From: Gemmatimonadales bacterium
Lineage (GTDB): Bacteria; Gemmatimonadota; Gemmatimonadetes; Gemmatimonadales; GWC2-71-9
NCBI GenBank assembly: GCA_049680185.1
Contig: JBAUHI010000086.1
Location: forward strand, 13,231 to 77,230
Length of the DNA: 64,000 nucleotides
Direction: 5' to 3'
Part shown: in pieces, positions 1 to 9,241 of the stretch
How the letters are laid out: the number at the start of each line of letters is the position of its first letter
Position numbering within the stretch: the first letter of the stretch is position 1
Notes under the pieces: generated by a model
The model's input: the letters and a program-made list of their open reading frames with translations, nothing else
Told to the model about the DNA's origin: nothing
Databases searched by the model: none
Position numbers and translations under genes: made by a program

Positions 1-735
1 CTGTTCCACCGTGATGGTCAAGGCGGCCTTCTCGTTCATCGTCGCGCCGACCATCCCGCCGTCGACCGCGACCCAATACGTGGCCGATCCGGTGGCGGTG
101 CCGTTCTGGGTCACCTTCCCCTGCGGGCCGTCCACGGTGCCATCGCGGGCCCAGCTGTACGCGCTCTGGACCTTGCGGGTCTTCGCGCCATCATGCTGTT
201 CTTCCGCCATCACCACCCAGTTGGCCACGACGTGGGTGTGGATGCTGCCCGTTGCCCCTTGCGGAGTGGAATAGTCGAGCGTGTCGGTCCACTTGTCGCC
301 CACCTTGGCCGTGCTCTTCATCCGCGGATAGAAGTTCTGGAACACAGGCATCAACTGTTGGGCCATCGGGTTCTTGCTCCCCACGGCCAGGCTCGAGATC
401 ACGCCGCCGGTGTTCAGGAACGCGGTCGCGGTGGCGCCGCGAGCGCTGTCGACGATTCCCGCTGGTGGGGTCGGGACGGTGCTGTCGGCATCCACGTGGA
501 CCGAATCGAGCGTGGCGTGCAACGCCTTGCCAGCGGCGCTGTCGGTCAACGCGACGGTGTAGAAGCTCGAGAGCTTGGCGCCCTGGTGCTGCATCTGCCC
601 GCCGAGGGCCGTCAGGTCGAGTTCGGCCGAATTGGTGGTGTCCACCCGGTAGCGCTGGGTGGTGGTCGCGTCAGTGGCAAAGCCGGCAAGGACACTGACG
701 GTGAGCGCAGCGAACATGATCGGACGAACCAACAT
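1..735 (-). CDS. hypothetical exported protein, N-terminal 245 codons (gene runs off the window start)
   Basis: Open minus-strand frame from the ATG at 735-733 to position 1. It is absent from the ORF track because no stop is in the window. The N-terminus MLVRPIMFAALTVSVLAGFA looks like a signal peptide, and codon third positions are GC-rich like the neighbours. Confidence 0.55.
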   Translation of the reverse strand, partial: MLVRPIMFAALTVSVLAGFATDATTTQRYRVDTTNSAELDLTALGGQMQHQGAKLSSFYTVALTDSAAGKALHATLDSVHVDADSTVPTPPAGIVDSARGATATAFLNTGGVISSLAVGSKNPMAQQLMPVFQNFYPRMKSTAKVGDKWTDTLDYSTPQGATGSIHTHVVANWVVMAEEQHDGAKTRKVQSAYSWARDGTVDGPQGKVTQNGTATGSATYWVAVDGGMVGATMNEKAALTITVEQ

Positions 736-776
736 AGGGACTCCCGTGGGGGTGTGACGGATGGGTGGGTGGGCGC

Positions 777-950
777 TCAATCGTCCCGAGCGGTCAGTTC
801 AGGTTTGGTCTTCCCGAATACCGCCACGAGCTCCTTGGAGTCGCTCGTGACGCGCAGCAATCGCCAACCACGCTTGCGCATGTCCGCCCGCCAGGCGATG
901 AGCCGCTCCCATGCGGTCAGCGGCGTCCGGAACACCCGCAATTCGGCCAC
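777..950 (-). CDS. small hypothetical protein (57 aa if GTG at 950)
   Basis: This is the C-terminal part of track ORF 777..1136. The upstream part overlaps the rnpB terminator and RNA, so I trimmed to an in-frame GTG preceded by GGGAG. Sequence VAELRVFRTPLTAWERLIAWRADMRKRGWRLLRVTSDSKELVAVFGKTKPE. No family recognised with certainty. Confidence 0.3.
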   Translation of the reverse strand: MAELRVFRTPLTAWERLIAWRADMRKRGWRLLRVTSDSKELVAVFGKTKPELTARDD

Positions 951-1094
951 TCGCTCCCACGCATTGGGGTAGCCCCGGTCGTCGGTGGGCGGACCTCCGC
1001 TCCCACCAACGCCACGGGATTCGCGGGCACGACGGTCGCTTGACACGGGGAGGATTCTATGGACAGCGGGCAGGGGGGGCAAGCGGACAGCCCA

Positions 1095-1132
1095 TAAATG
1101 GAGTCCCCCGCCCTCGTTTCCGGGGGCGGGGG
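1095..1132 (-). terminator. stem-loop terminator downstream of rnpB
   Basis: On the minus strand, CCCCCGCCC-CCGGAAACGA-GGGCGGGGG forms a 9-bp GC stem, followed by ACUCCAUUUAU. Confidence 0.6.
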
Positions 1133-1535
1133 ACACGGGTCAAGCCGTAAGCCGAGTTCTGTTTCCCGTGCCTTGCGGCGCGGAAGATGGTCATCTGTCT
1201 GGGACGGCGGTCGCCCGACGCCTCAAGCAGCCTACCCGCGGCTCACCGTTGCCGGTGTTGTCGGTGCGGGCCGCACCTCGCCGCTTATTTGGCCTTGCTC
1301 CGACCGGGGGTTACCGTGCCACCCCTGTTACCAGGGATGCGGTGGGCTCTTACCCCACCGTTTCACCCTTGCCTGTGTCCTCCGCTTGCGCTCGGGACCA
1401 TCGGCGGTCTGCTCTCTGTTGCCCTGTCCGTCGCCTCTCGGCGCCCAGGCGTTACCTGGCGATCTGCCCTGTGGAGCTCGGACTTTCCTCGATGGAGTCT
1501 CCCCCACCGCGACCATCGCGCTCGGCCCGTGGGAC
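1133..1535 (-). ncRNA. rnpB: RNase P RNA, bacterial type A
   Basis: The reverse complement carries the universal motifs GAGGAAAGUCCGAGCUCCACAGGGCAG, GCCAGGUAACGCCUGG, GGGCAACAGAGAGCAGACCGCCGAUGG, GCAAGGGUGAAACGGUGGGGUAAGAGCCCACCGC, GGAGCAAGGCCAAAUA, GGGUAGGCUGCUUGAG and ACAGAACUCGGCUUAC. A P1 pairing CACGGGCCGAGC / GGCUUGACCCGUG is possible. Ends are approximate to within about 10 nt. Confidence 0.92.
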
Positions 1536-1547
1536 CAAACTAACAGC

Positions 1548-1633
1548 GTCAACGGGAAACAGTTAACAGTGAACGGGAACTGGGTCGCCCGGCCCTCCAA
1601 CCCCGTTCACCGTTCACTTTTTACCGTTCACCG
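1548..1633. repeat. inverted blocks of GTGAACG/CGTTCAC heptamer-type repeats (hairpin element)
   Basis: On the plus strand, GTCAACGGG and AGTGAACGGG face CCGTTCACCGTTCAC and ACCGTTCACCG. The element starts right after the kinase stop (1637) and sits upstream of rnpB. The same family is at 53806-53886 and 56201-56377. Confidence 0.7.
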
Positions 1634-1636
1634 TCC

Positions 1637-4600
1637 TCACCCCTCCCCGGTCACCCGTCCCAGCCCCGCCCGCGCCTGAAGCACCAGCGGCACCTTGGCG
1701 GGGTCGGCGTCTTTCCATTGGGCCAACACCGACCGGAACTCGCGCTCGGCATCGGCCTTCCGTCCCAGTCGCTCGTCGGCAAGTCCGCGCACCAACCGGG
1801 CCCAGCCGATCGCGGCCCAGCGCGGATCGAGGCTGTTCGGCTGGAGGTAGTCGGGCGTGTAACTGCTCAACAGGTCGAGAGTGAGCGCGTAGTCGCCCAG
1901 TTCATAGTGCGCATACGCCGTCAGCAGGCGCGGGGTCCCCACCCAACCGCCCAATCCCCAGCGATACACGGCACCGGGCACCGGCCCCTGGTCTGCCAGG
2001 CTCCGGCGGGCCTCTGTCGTATCGCCCCGGGCAATGGCGACGAGTGCCGCGACGTCGCCGGGGAGCTCATCACCGGTCAGGGAGCGGAGCTCGGTCACGG
2101 GCAATGTGTCGCCGGCCGGCGAGAGCAGGAGTCCGACCGCAGCGGCCGCCCCGGCGCGCGCGATGGCGGCGCGCCCTTGCGGCTTCGAGTTCCGTGCTGC
2201 TTCGGCCACGCTGCGCCACGCCGCCCGCAGGTCCCGGCCGGACCCTGCCGGTCCGTAGAACTGGCCTTCCTGTATTCGGTCGAAGTAGCGCCAATCCACG
2301 GTGGTGTCGCGCACCTCCATCGGCATCAGCCGTTGGCGTGCGGGCCGGGTGAGCGCGACGACCCGGCTCGCGGTCCCGAGATCGCCGGCGTACAGGAAGG
2401 GGTTCACCGTCGCCAGCAGCATCTGGTAGTCGGCACTCGACAATTGACGCACGCGTTCGGGGTCGTCGTCCAGCGAGTCGTACGCCGGCCGGAGCGTTGC
2501 GATCGCTCCGTTCACGTCACCCGCGGCGAACCGGGCGCGCCCTTCCAGCAGCGCTGCGGTCACGGCGTCGGTCTGGCCCGGCGGGATCCGGAGCCGATCG
2601 ATCTCCTGGACCGCATCCGGGACATCATGGGCGGCGGCGTATGCATCGATGAGCGCGCGGTGCGCCCGCTCGGTCCCCGGCTGTGCACCGACCCAGTCAC
2701 GCGACAACTGGATGCCGGCGCGTCGGGCCCGTTGGATCGCCCGCGTGCGCGCCGCGCTGTCGAGCGGCGCTCCCGGCGCGAACGAGTCGTTCGTCACCAG
2801 GGCAAAGAAAGGTCGGTCGCGGGAAGCGTCGGTGTACATCATTGCCACGTGCTCATACGCGAGGGCATACGCCGGGTCGAGTGTCAGGGCACGGCGAAAC
2901 GCCCGGAGCGAGTTGGTCATCTTCCTGGCCCGCCCGGCGGCGGTCGAATCGGGGTCGTGGAACCAGGCGTCGCCGAGCGCGTACCATGCATCGGTGTCGA
3001 TGCTGTCGCGCGCAAGCAGCCTGGTGTATCGCTCCCGGGCCTGCGGCAGGTCGCCGTCGAGGAAGCTCTGGTAGGCGTTCACGAGTGAGCGTTGTCGCTC
3101 CGGCAGCCGCTCCGCATAGTGGGAGGCGTAGGCGATCGCCTGTCGTCCGGCCGGATCGCTCGCGCCACCGATCCAACCCCGGGTGAGCGCCAGCTTGAAG
3201 TACGCCAGGGCAAAGGTGCTGTCGAGCGACACCGCCCGACGAAGTGCGGTGTCCGCCGATTCCAGGTCCCAATGGTTGAGCTGATCGATCCCGGTCAGGT
3301 ACGCCCGATACGCTTCGAGCGACGATGTGGTGGCGCCGGCAAGCCCCGGCCGGAGCCCACCGGGAGCGCCGGAGATGTCGAGCAGCCGTGCCGCCAACTG
3401 GTCGAAGGCCGGACGGATATCACTGTCCGCAGGGACGGAGGCCTGGGCCACGTCCACTCGAGCGCCGGTCGCGACATCGAGCAGTCGCGCCGTGACCTGC
3501 AGCGAATCATCGGTCCGCTCGAAGTCACCCAGGACCAGCGTCCAGACGCCGGCGGCCCGCGCGAACTGACGGGCCAGGTCCAGGCCGACCGGATCGCCCG
3601 GCTCCAGCCCATGCTTGGCGAAGAGGTCGTGGACCCGCTCCTGGTCGACCACGGTCAGGTCGTTCCACTGGGCCAGGTCGAGCGCCAGCATGCTGACGCT
3701 GCCTTGCTGCAGCCACGCAAGTGTCGAGTCCCGCCGCAGGTTGTCGAACGGGAGCACCAGGATCGAATGCCGTGGGTCGACCCCGCGAGGCGGCCCGTCA
3801 CGCCGCCACAGCAGCAGTGTGAGCACCATTCCGGCCACCAGCGCCGTCGCGATCCCGGCCGGGCGCCACCACGAGCGCCGCGATGCCGGCGCGACCACGC
3901 CGAGCACCGCTTGGCGCAGCGCCAGTCCGTCGGTCCAGCGATCGGCCGGTGACTTGGCCAGCGCTCGCATCACGGCCCCCGCCAACGCCGGCGGGGTGTC
4001 GGGTCTCAGTTTCTGGATCGGGATCGGCGGTTCGGAGACCTGCATCGCGACCACGGCCGCGGGGCTGGCGCTCTGGAAGGGCGGATGGCCCGCGAGCATC
4101 TCGTACGCGACGATGCCGAGCGCGTAGAGGTCGCTGCGTTCATCGATCTCGTCCCCCGAGGCCTGCTCGGGGCTCATGTATGTCGGCGTGCCGATCGCGA
4201 TACCCTGCCCGGTCGTGATGACACTGGAACCTTCCGCCGCCATCGCCCGCGCGATCCCGAAATCGGTCAGGAGCGCGCGCCCGGTGTCCCGGTCGAGGAG
4301 CACGTTCTCCGGCTTGACGTCGCGATGCACGACACCTTGGCGCCCGGCGGCGGCCAGTGCATCGGCCACGTCCGCCACGATGCGGGTCACCTCCTCGGCG
4401 GGCAACTTCCCGACGCGCGTCAGGCGTTGTCGCAGGCTTTCGCCCGGGACCAGGTCCATCACGTAGTAGAACAGACCGTCCGTCTCGCCGGCGGTGTGCA
4501 CGGTGACGATGCTCGGATGGCGCAGCCGGGCCACCACCCGGGCCTCGGCCAGGAAGCGCTGGGTGATGGACGAGTGGATGGCGAGCTCGGGACGGATGAC

Positions 4601-4843
4601 CTTCACCGCCACCGACCGATCGAGGGTGACATCGCGGGCGAGGAACACCACGCCCATCCCCCCCTGCCCCAGCTCGCTTTCAAGGCGATAGTGGGGGCCC
4701 AGGGCGGTCTGGAGCCGACGCTGCAATTCGCTGATGCCGACAGTCACCCGGTTGGGCCCCCGCTCCGATCGATCGGGGCCGGAATGAGCCCCATCAGGAT
4801 CGTGAAGATACGCACTGGACGTCCCGGGGCCAGAGAAGCCCAC
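1637..4843 (-). CDS. Ser/Thr protein kinase with TM segment and large TPR-like extracytoplasmic/sensor region
   Basis: Hanks kinase motifs GQGGMGVVFLA, AVK, HRDVKPENVLL, DFG and TPTYMSPE. TM segment WWRPAGIATALVAGMVLTLLLW, then about 700 aa of helical-repeat region. The start is GTG at 4843; an alternative GTG lies at 4747. Confidence 0.9.
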   Translation of the reverse strand: MGFSGPGTSSAYLHDPDGAHSGPDRSERGPNRVTVGISELQRRLQTALGPHYRLESELGQGGMGVVFLARDVTLDRSVAVKVIRPELAIHSSITQRFLAEARVVARLRHPSIVTVHTAGETDGLFYYVMDLVPGESLRQRLTRVGKLPAEEVTRIVADVADALAAAGRQGVVHRDVKPENVLLDRDTGRALLTDFGIARAMAAEGSSVITTGQGIAIGTPTYMSPEQASGDEIDERSDLYALGIVAYEMLAGHPPFQSASPAAVVAMQVSEPPIPIQKLRPDTPPALAGAVMRALAKSPADRWTDGLALRQAVLGVVAPASRRSWWRPAGIATALVAGMVLTLLLWRRDGPPRGVDPRHSILVLPFDNLRRDSTLAWLQQGSVSMLALDLAQWNDLTVVDQERVHDLFAKHGLEPGDPVGLDLARQFARAAGVWTLVLGDFERTDDSLQVTARLLDVATGARVDVAQASVPADSDIRPAFDQLAARLLDISGAPGGLRPGLAGATTSSLEAYRAYLTGIDQLNHWDLESADTALRRAVSLDSTFALAYFKLALTRGWIGGASDPAGRQAIAYASHYAERLPERQRSLVNAYQSFLDGDLPQARERYTRLLARDSIDTDAWYALGDAWFHDPDSTAAGRARKMTNSLRAFRRALTLDPAYALAYEHVAMMYTDASRDRPFFALVTNDSFAPGAPLDSAARTRAIQRARRAGIQLSRDWVGAQPGTERAHRALIDAYAAAHDVPDAVQEIDRLRIPPGQTDAVTAALLEGRARFAAGDVNGAIATLRPAYDSLDDDPERVRQLSSADYQMLLATVNPFLYAGDLGTASRVVALTRPARQRLMPMEVRDTTVDWRYFDRIQEGQFYGPAGSGRDLRAAWRSVAEAARNSKPQGRAAIARAGAAAAVGLLLSPAGDTLPVTELRSLTGDELPGDVAALVAIARGDTTEARRSLADQGPVPGAVYRWGLGGWVGTPRLLTAYAHYELGDYALTLDLLSSYTPDYLQPNSLDPRWAAIGWARLVRGLADERLGRKADAEREFRSVLAQWKDADPAKVPLVLQARAGLGRVTGEG

Positions 4844-4965
4844 CCCTCCACGGACGCGCCAGTGGCGGAAATGGTTGCGTTCTGCACCCTCCGGGGACGC
4901 CTCCGTACCGGGTCACGATTGACCACGGGTTGAGCCACTGGCGGTAGGATGGCGTCGACCCAAGC

Positions 4966-5838
4966 GTGGAGGCACTGGTGGCAACAGCGGTACGGAACGA
5001 TCCAGCGGCGGTGGCCGCGGTGCTGCTTCCGCGCGAGCGCGCGCGAGTTGATGCGGCGATGGGTGGTGCGGTGGCGGTGGTCCACCGCGACTCGATCCCC
5101 GAGGCCATCCGCGTGGTCCGGGAGCGGCCGCTCCGGGCAGTGCTGGTGTCGGTGCACCGCTGCACTCGCGAGACGCTGAGCGATGTGGACCGACTGGTGC
5201 GCGGGTTCCCGGGGGTCCCCACTGTGGCGCTGGTCTCCGAGCACGATGCCGGTGCCACCGAGACGTTGCTGCACTTCGGTGCTCGCGGGATCCGGGATGT
5301 CGTGGACGTCACCGATCCGGGCGGCTGGCAGCGCCTCCGGACCCTGGTCGCCGGTCCAGTACCGCTGGCCGGGGCACGGATCCAGGCCTCGATCCTCGAG
5401 TTGCTCTCGGACGCACCACCCGACACCAGGCTCTTCTTCGAGGTGCTCATCCGCATCGCGCCCACGATCACGACCGTCCGGAAGCTCTGTGCCGCACTCC
5501 GGGTCCGTCCCAGCACGCTGATGTCGCGCTTCGGGCGGGCCGGACTTCCCAGCCCCAAGAGCTATCTCGCGGCGATGCGCCTGCTGCACGCGTCACTGAT
5601 GCTCGAGGAGACCGGGCTATCCGTGGCCGATGTCGCGTATCGACTCGATTACTCGTCGCCCCAGAGCTTCGGGCGCCATCTCCGCGCCCTCATGGGCGTG
5701 AGCGGCACCGAATTCCGGCGCCGCTTTCCGTTCCCGGTGGCGCTGCGGCGTTACACCGACCTGATGATCCTCCCGTACCGGACCGTGCTCTGCGCCTTCC
5801 ATCCCCTCTCTTCCGGGGCCTGGGACAGCGGACACTGA
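4966..5838 (+). CDS. AraC-family transcriptional regulator with receiver-like N-terminal domain
   Basis: The C-terminal HTH LSVADVAYRLDYSSPQSFGRHLRALMGVSGTEFRRRF is typical of AraC/XylS. The N-terminal about 120 aa resembles a CheY-like fold, but I could not confirm a phospho-acceptor Asp. GTG start. Confidence 0.75.
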   Translation: MEALVATAVRNDPAAVAAVLLPRERARVDAAMGGAVAVVHRDSIPEAIRVVRERPLRAVLVSVHRCTRETLSDVDRLVRGFPGVPTVALVSEHDAGATETLLHFGARGIRDVVDVTDPGGWQRLRTLVAGPVPLAGARIQASILELLSDAPPDTRLFFEVLIRIAPTITTVRKLCAALRVRPSTLMSRFGRAGLPSPKSYLAAMRLLHASLMLEETGLSVADVAYRLDYSSPQSFGRHLRALMGVSGTEFRRRFPFPVALRRYTDLMILPYRTVLCAFHPLSSGAWDSGH

Positions 5839-6005
5839 GCGCGCAGGAACGGCACCGGGCGGGAGGATCCCCATCGGCGGACGGAAGTGCGGGTCGGAAA
5901 AGGACGAGCGGCAAGTGCGGCAGGGCGCGCGAACGAACGGGCGGAACACAGGCGAGTTGTGGAGCGACCAACGGAGACCGGTAGAGGCCAGCTCCTCTTC
6001 TCCCT

Positions 6006-6095
6006 CTGTCGTAGCGCGTTGTCTCTTGTGTCCTTTCCCCTCCTCCCCTCTTCTTCTCCTTCTCTCGTACTGTGTTGTCTCTTGTCGCTTGTCTC
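6006..6095. repeat. pyrimidine-rich copy of the dispersed GAGACAACGCAGTACGAGAG element
   Basis: CTCTCGTACTGTGTTGTCTC (6062-6081) is the reverse complement of the 20-mer core with 1 mismatch. A second partial core lies at 6006-6025. TTCCCCTCCTCCCCTC (6035-6050) is the complement of GAGGGGAGGAGGGGAA. It lies between the convergent AraC and MCP genes. Confidence 0.75.
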
Positions 6096-6111
6096 TTCTC
6101 CTCGGTCGCAA

Positions 6112-7671
6112 TCAGGCCTTCAAGTGTGCGGTCGCGGTCCGGAGCCGCTCGGCGAGGAGGGTCAGTCGCTCGGCGGAGGTGGTGAGCTCGGTCATCGCCT
6201 GGATCTGCTGCTGGGCGGAACGGGCCGCGGCATCGGAACTGCTCGCCGCACCGTGGCTCACCGCACTCACTCGGTCGAGGACCTGGCGCAGCGCGGCTTG
6301 GTGTTCGGCCTGGGCCTGGGTGCTCTCTGCCGCCGCCGCCACCCGCTCGGCGGAGCGCCGGACGCCGGCGGTGAGGTCGAGCAGCGCCTCGTCCGCCTCC
6401 CGTGCCACCCGCGCGATGTCCTGTACCTGGGATCCTCCGGAACTCATCGCTCGCTCCGCCGAGGCGATCCCCGCCTGCAGTTCCCCGACCACCTCCCCGA
6501 CCTCCCGAGCCGACCGCCCCGCCTGGGCGGCCAGGGTGCGCACCTGTTCCGCCACCACACTGAATCCGTGGCCATCGCCCTCCGCGCGCGCCGCCTCGAT
6601 GGCGGCATTGAGCGACAGGAGGTGCGTCTGCCGCGCGATCACGGCGATGGTCTGTGCAAAACTGCCGATGTTCGCACTCATCGCCGTCAGCTCCGACACG
6701 ATCCGGCCCGTGGTGGCCACCTCGTTGCCGACCGACACCAAGGTGTCGCTCGCGCGCGCCACTCGCTCCCGGGCCCGTTCCGCCACGGCCACCAATCGCG
6801 CCTCTTCATCCTCCAGGGTACGGAATCGCTCTCGCTGCAGTGCCGTCTCAGCCGCAGTACCCTCCCCTTGGCGCCGGCTGTCCTCCGCCATCAATCGCTG
6901 TTGCTGCAGGTCGTGGGCAAGGCGGTCAGCGGCCCCGGAAAGGGCATCGGCCGAGCCCTGAAGTGCGCCGGTCGTGGCCGACAACTCACCCGCGACCTTG
7001 GCCATTTCGTTGGAGTCCTGCTGCACGGCCGCGAGCAAGGTGGCCGTGGCGGATGACATCTGGTCGAATGCGGTCTCGACGGCGCCCACGGGATCGAGCG
7101 TTTTGGTGGACACCCGGAAGGTGAGATCGCCGGTGCTCGCCCGCCGAAGCCCTTCCGCAATGCGGCGCAACCGCGCCTCGGTGACGGCCGCGCGGTCGCG
7201 GAGCCCGATGCCTACGATGCTCACGATGGCAGCTTCGACAAGGGCGGCCGCGGACAGGTCCCCGCCGTTCGCGATCCACTGCGCCACCAGCACGACGATC
7301 CCGCCGGAGAGGGCGGCAAAGGCACCGGGAAGGCCTTCGTCGTCGGCGGCGTACGGGAGCGTCGCGACCAGCGGGAGCACGCCGACCCCGACCAACCCTG
7401 ACAGCGCGATCGGCGCTCCGGTGATGATCAGGTCGAGCAGCAGGGCGCCGACCCACGCGGAGCGTCCCGCAAGTCCGCGGCGTCCGAGGATCCCCGCACC
7501 GAGATTCGCAGCGCCGCCGAGGAGCAGGAGTTCCACCACCTGACTCCACGCCACATCGCCACCCGTCGCCGGCCCCGCACAGATGAGTGCGGCCACGGCG
7601 CCGAGCACCAGCCACCACCGGCGGCGGACGGTGCGCTGAAAGAGGGCGGAGGAGCTGGGCGGAGGGGCCAT
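6112..7671 (-). CDS. methyl-accepting chemotaxis protein with multi-TM N-terminal region
   Basis: The highly conserved MCP signalling hairpin LLSLNAAIEAARAEGDGHGFSVVAEQVRTLAAQAGRSAREV is present. A HAMP-like segment follows about 160 aa of hydrophobic helices. Confidence 0.9.
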   Translation of the reverse strand: MAPPPSSSALFQRTVRRRWWLVLGAVAALICAGPATGGDVAWSQVVELLLLGGAANLGAGILGRRGLAGRSAWVGALLLDLIITGAPIALSGLVGVGVLPLVATLPYAADDEGLPGAFAALSGGIVVLVAQWIANGGDLSAAALVEAAIVSIVGIGLRDRAAVTEARLRRIAEGLRRASTGDLTFRVSTKTLDPVGAVETAFDQMSSATATLLAAVQQDSNEMAKVAGELSATTGALQGSADALSGAADRLAHDLQQQRLMAEDSRRQGEGTAAETALQRERFRTLEDEEARLVAVAERARERVARASDTLVSVGNEVATTGRIVSELTAMSANIGSFAQTIAVIARQTHLLSLNAAIEAARAEGDGHGFSVVAEQVRTLAAQAGRSAREVGEVVGELQAGIASAERAMSSGGSQVQDIARVAREADEALLDLTAGVRRSAERVAAAAESTQAQAEHQAALRQVLDRVSAVSHGAASSSDAAARSAQQQIQAMTELTTSAERLTLLAERLRTATAHLKA

Positions 7672-7688
7672 CGGAAGTTCTGGTGGGG

Positions 7689-8240
7689 TCAGGCGGAGGT
7701 GAGGCCGAGGGCGGACGCCGTGATGAGGGCCTGGACCTGGTATCCGGCTGCCTCGATGGCGGCCCGGCCCCCCTCTTCGCGGTCCACCACCGCCAGGACG
7801 CCGAGCACCTTGGCACCGGCCGCCTCGACCGACCGGACCGCCTGGAGCGCCGAGCCGCCGGAGGTGATGACATCCTCGACGATCACCACGGCATCACCGG
7901 CGGACAGGTTGCCCTCGATCAGCCGGCCGGTGCCGTGGTCCTTGGCCTGCTTGCGCACGCTGAAGGCGTCGATCGAGGGCGGCGCATCGGCGCTCGCGCG
8001 CGCAATGGCGCACGCCACGGGGTCGGCGCCCATCGTGAGCCCCCCCACCGCCCGTGGCCGCCAGCCCGCGGCGTCGAGGGCGGCACGTCCCAGCCGGCCG
8101 ATGACCGCCTGGCCTTCCGCGGACATCGTGGTGAGGCGGCAATCGATATAGAAGGAGGATCGGGCACCGGAAGCGAGCACGAAATCCCCGCGCCGGACGG
8201 AGCGGCGCCCGAGGATCGCCGCGAGCGCCGGGTCGTTCAC
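7689..8240 (-). CDS. pyrE: orotate phosphoribosyltransferase
   Basis: RGDFVLASGARSSFYIDCR and the PRPP loop VVIVEDVITSGGSA. I trimmed the start from 8315 to the in-frame GTG at 8240, which overlaps the kinase stop as GTGA. Confidence 0.88.
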   Translation of the reverse strand: MNDPALAAILGRRSVRRGDFVLASGARSSFYIDCRLTTMSAEGQAVIGRLGRAALDAAGWRPRAVGGLTMGADPVACAIARASADAPPSIDAFSVRKQAKDHGTGRLIEGNLSAGDAVVIVEDVITSGGSALQAVRSVEAAGAKVLGVLAVVDREEGGRAAIEAAGYQVQALITASALGLTSA

Positions 8241-9139
8241 GATCGATCTCGGCGGAGCCACCCCGAGAGCAATCCCGGCCGCTTGGCCGAGGTCGTGGAT
8301 CGGGCCGCCGTGCAAAATGCCGTCGCGAACACGTCCACTGACTGAAAGCGCTTGCTCCGCTCCCGCTCCAGTCCCCCCATCACCGCGGCCTCGAGCTCGG
8401 GCGGGAACTTGAGGCCGCGCACCGCTTGGTTGAGGGGTGTTGGCGGTTCCTGGAGCAGTTGCTGGAAGAGCTCGCGGGGAGAACGGCCGGGGAACGGATG
8501 CGTGCCGGTGAGGAGGTAGTACGCGATGACCGCCAGGCTGTAGACATCGGCCTGTTCGCTGACGAGCTCGCCGCTCAGCGTCTCCGGTGCCACGTATTGC
8601 AAGGTCCCGACGAAGAATCCCGCGCGGGTCAGTCGCTCCTCGGGCGCGGCCTTCTCGTCCCGAGCGATGCCGAAATCGAGGAGCTTGGCGGTGCGGGTCG
8701 CCGGATCGTACATGATGTTGGCGGGCTTCAGGTCGCGATGGATGATCCCTTCAGCGTGCGCCGCCGCGAGGGCCCGTCCCAGCTGTTCGATGATGTCGGC
8801 CACCACCGCGGGCGCCAGCGTCGGGGTCTTGCCCGCGAATGTGGCCAACGGCTCCCCGGCCGCCCACTCGAGCGCCAAGTAGTAGATGTCGTCGACCTGC
8901 CCGAACCCGCGGGTCTCCACGATATTCGGGTTCCGCACCCGCCGGCCGAACTCGGCCTCGCGGAGGAATCGCTTCACGGCGACCGGGTCCTGTGCCAGGC
9001 GGTTGCGAAGGATCTTCACCGCGCTGGCACCGTACTCGGGGTGCTCGGCACGGTAGACTTCGGCGGTGCCGCCTTCACCAACGTGTTCGAGGAGCCGGTA
9101 CCCAGCGATGGTCCGGCCGATCAGGCTGTCTTGATTCAT
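8237..9139 (-). CDS. cytoplasmic Ser/Thr protein kinase
   Basis: GEGGTAEVY, AVK, HRDLKPANIM, DFGIA and GTLQYVAPE motifs. No TM segment. I chose the start at ATG 9139 (MNQDSLIGR...). Confidence 0.88.
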   Translation of the reverse strand: MNQDSLIGRTIAGYRLLEHVGEGGTAEVYRAEHPEYGASAVKILRNRLAQDPVAVKRFLREAEFGRRVRNPNIVETRGFGQVDDIYYLALEWAAGEPLATFAGKTPTLAPAVVADIIEQLGRALAAAHAEGIIHRDLKPANIMYDPATRTAKLLDFGIARDEKAAPEERLTRAGFFVGTLQYVAPETLSGELVSEQADVYSLAVIAYYLLTGTHPFPGRSPRELFQQLLQEPPTPLNQAVRGLKFPPELEAAVMGGLERERSKRFQSVDVFATAFCTAARSTTSAKRPGLLSGWLRRDRS

Positions 9140-9241
9140 GGGGATGTCCAAAGCTATCGCGCCCGCTGGGCCGCGACAAGCACCGCGCGCTTGACGCACC
9201 GATTCACCGGCCGCTAACCTACGGCCCTCCAGGAGCCCCAG

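Noticed and set aside
193-972. Long + strand ORFs (193..972, 252..698, 985..1566, 1098..1679) at the window start
   Set aside because: They overlap a better minus-strand gene with a signal peptide (1-735) or the RNase P RNA (1133-1535). Their Arg/Gly/Pro-rich translations are typical of shadow ORFs in GC-rich DNA.
5617-6111. ORFs translating the purine-rich repeat elements (5617..6111, 53092..53292, 58842..59297, 59011..59217), giving Arg/Glu/Gly-rich peptides
   Set aside because: They are read straight through dispersed non-coding repeats. The same DNA occurs in both orientations at different loci, and no start or RBS context is present.
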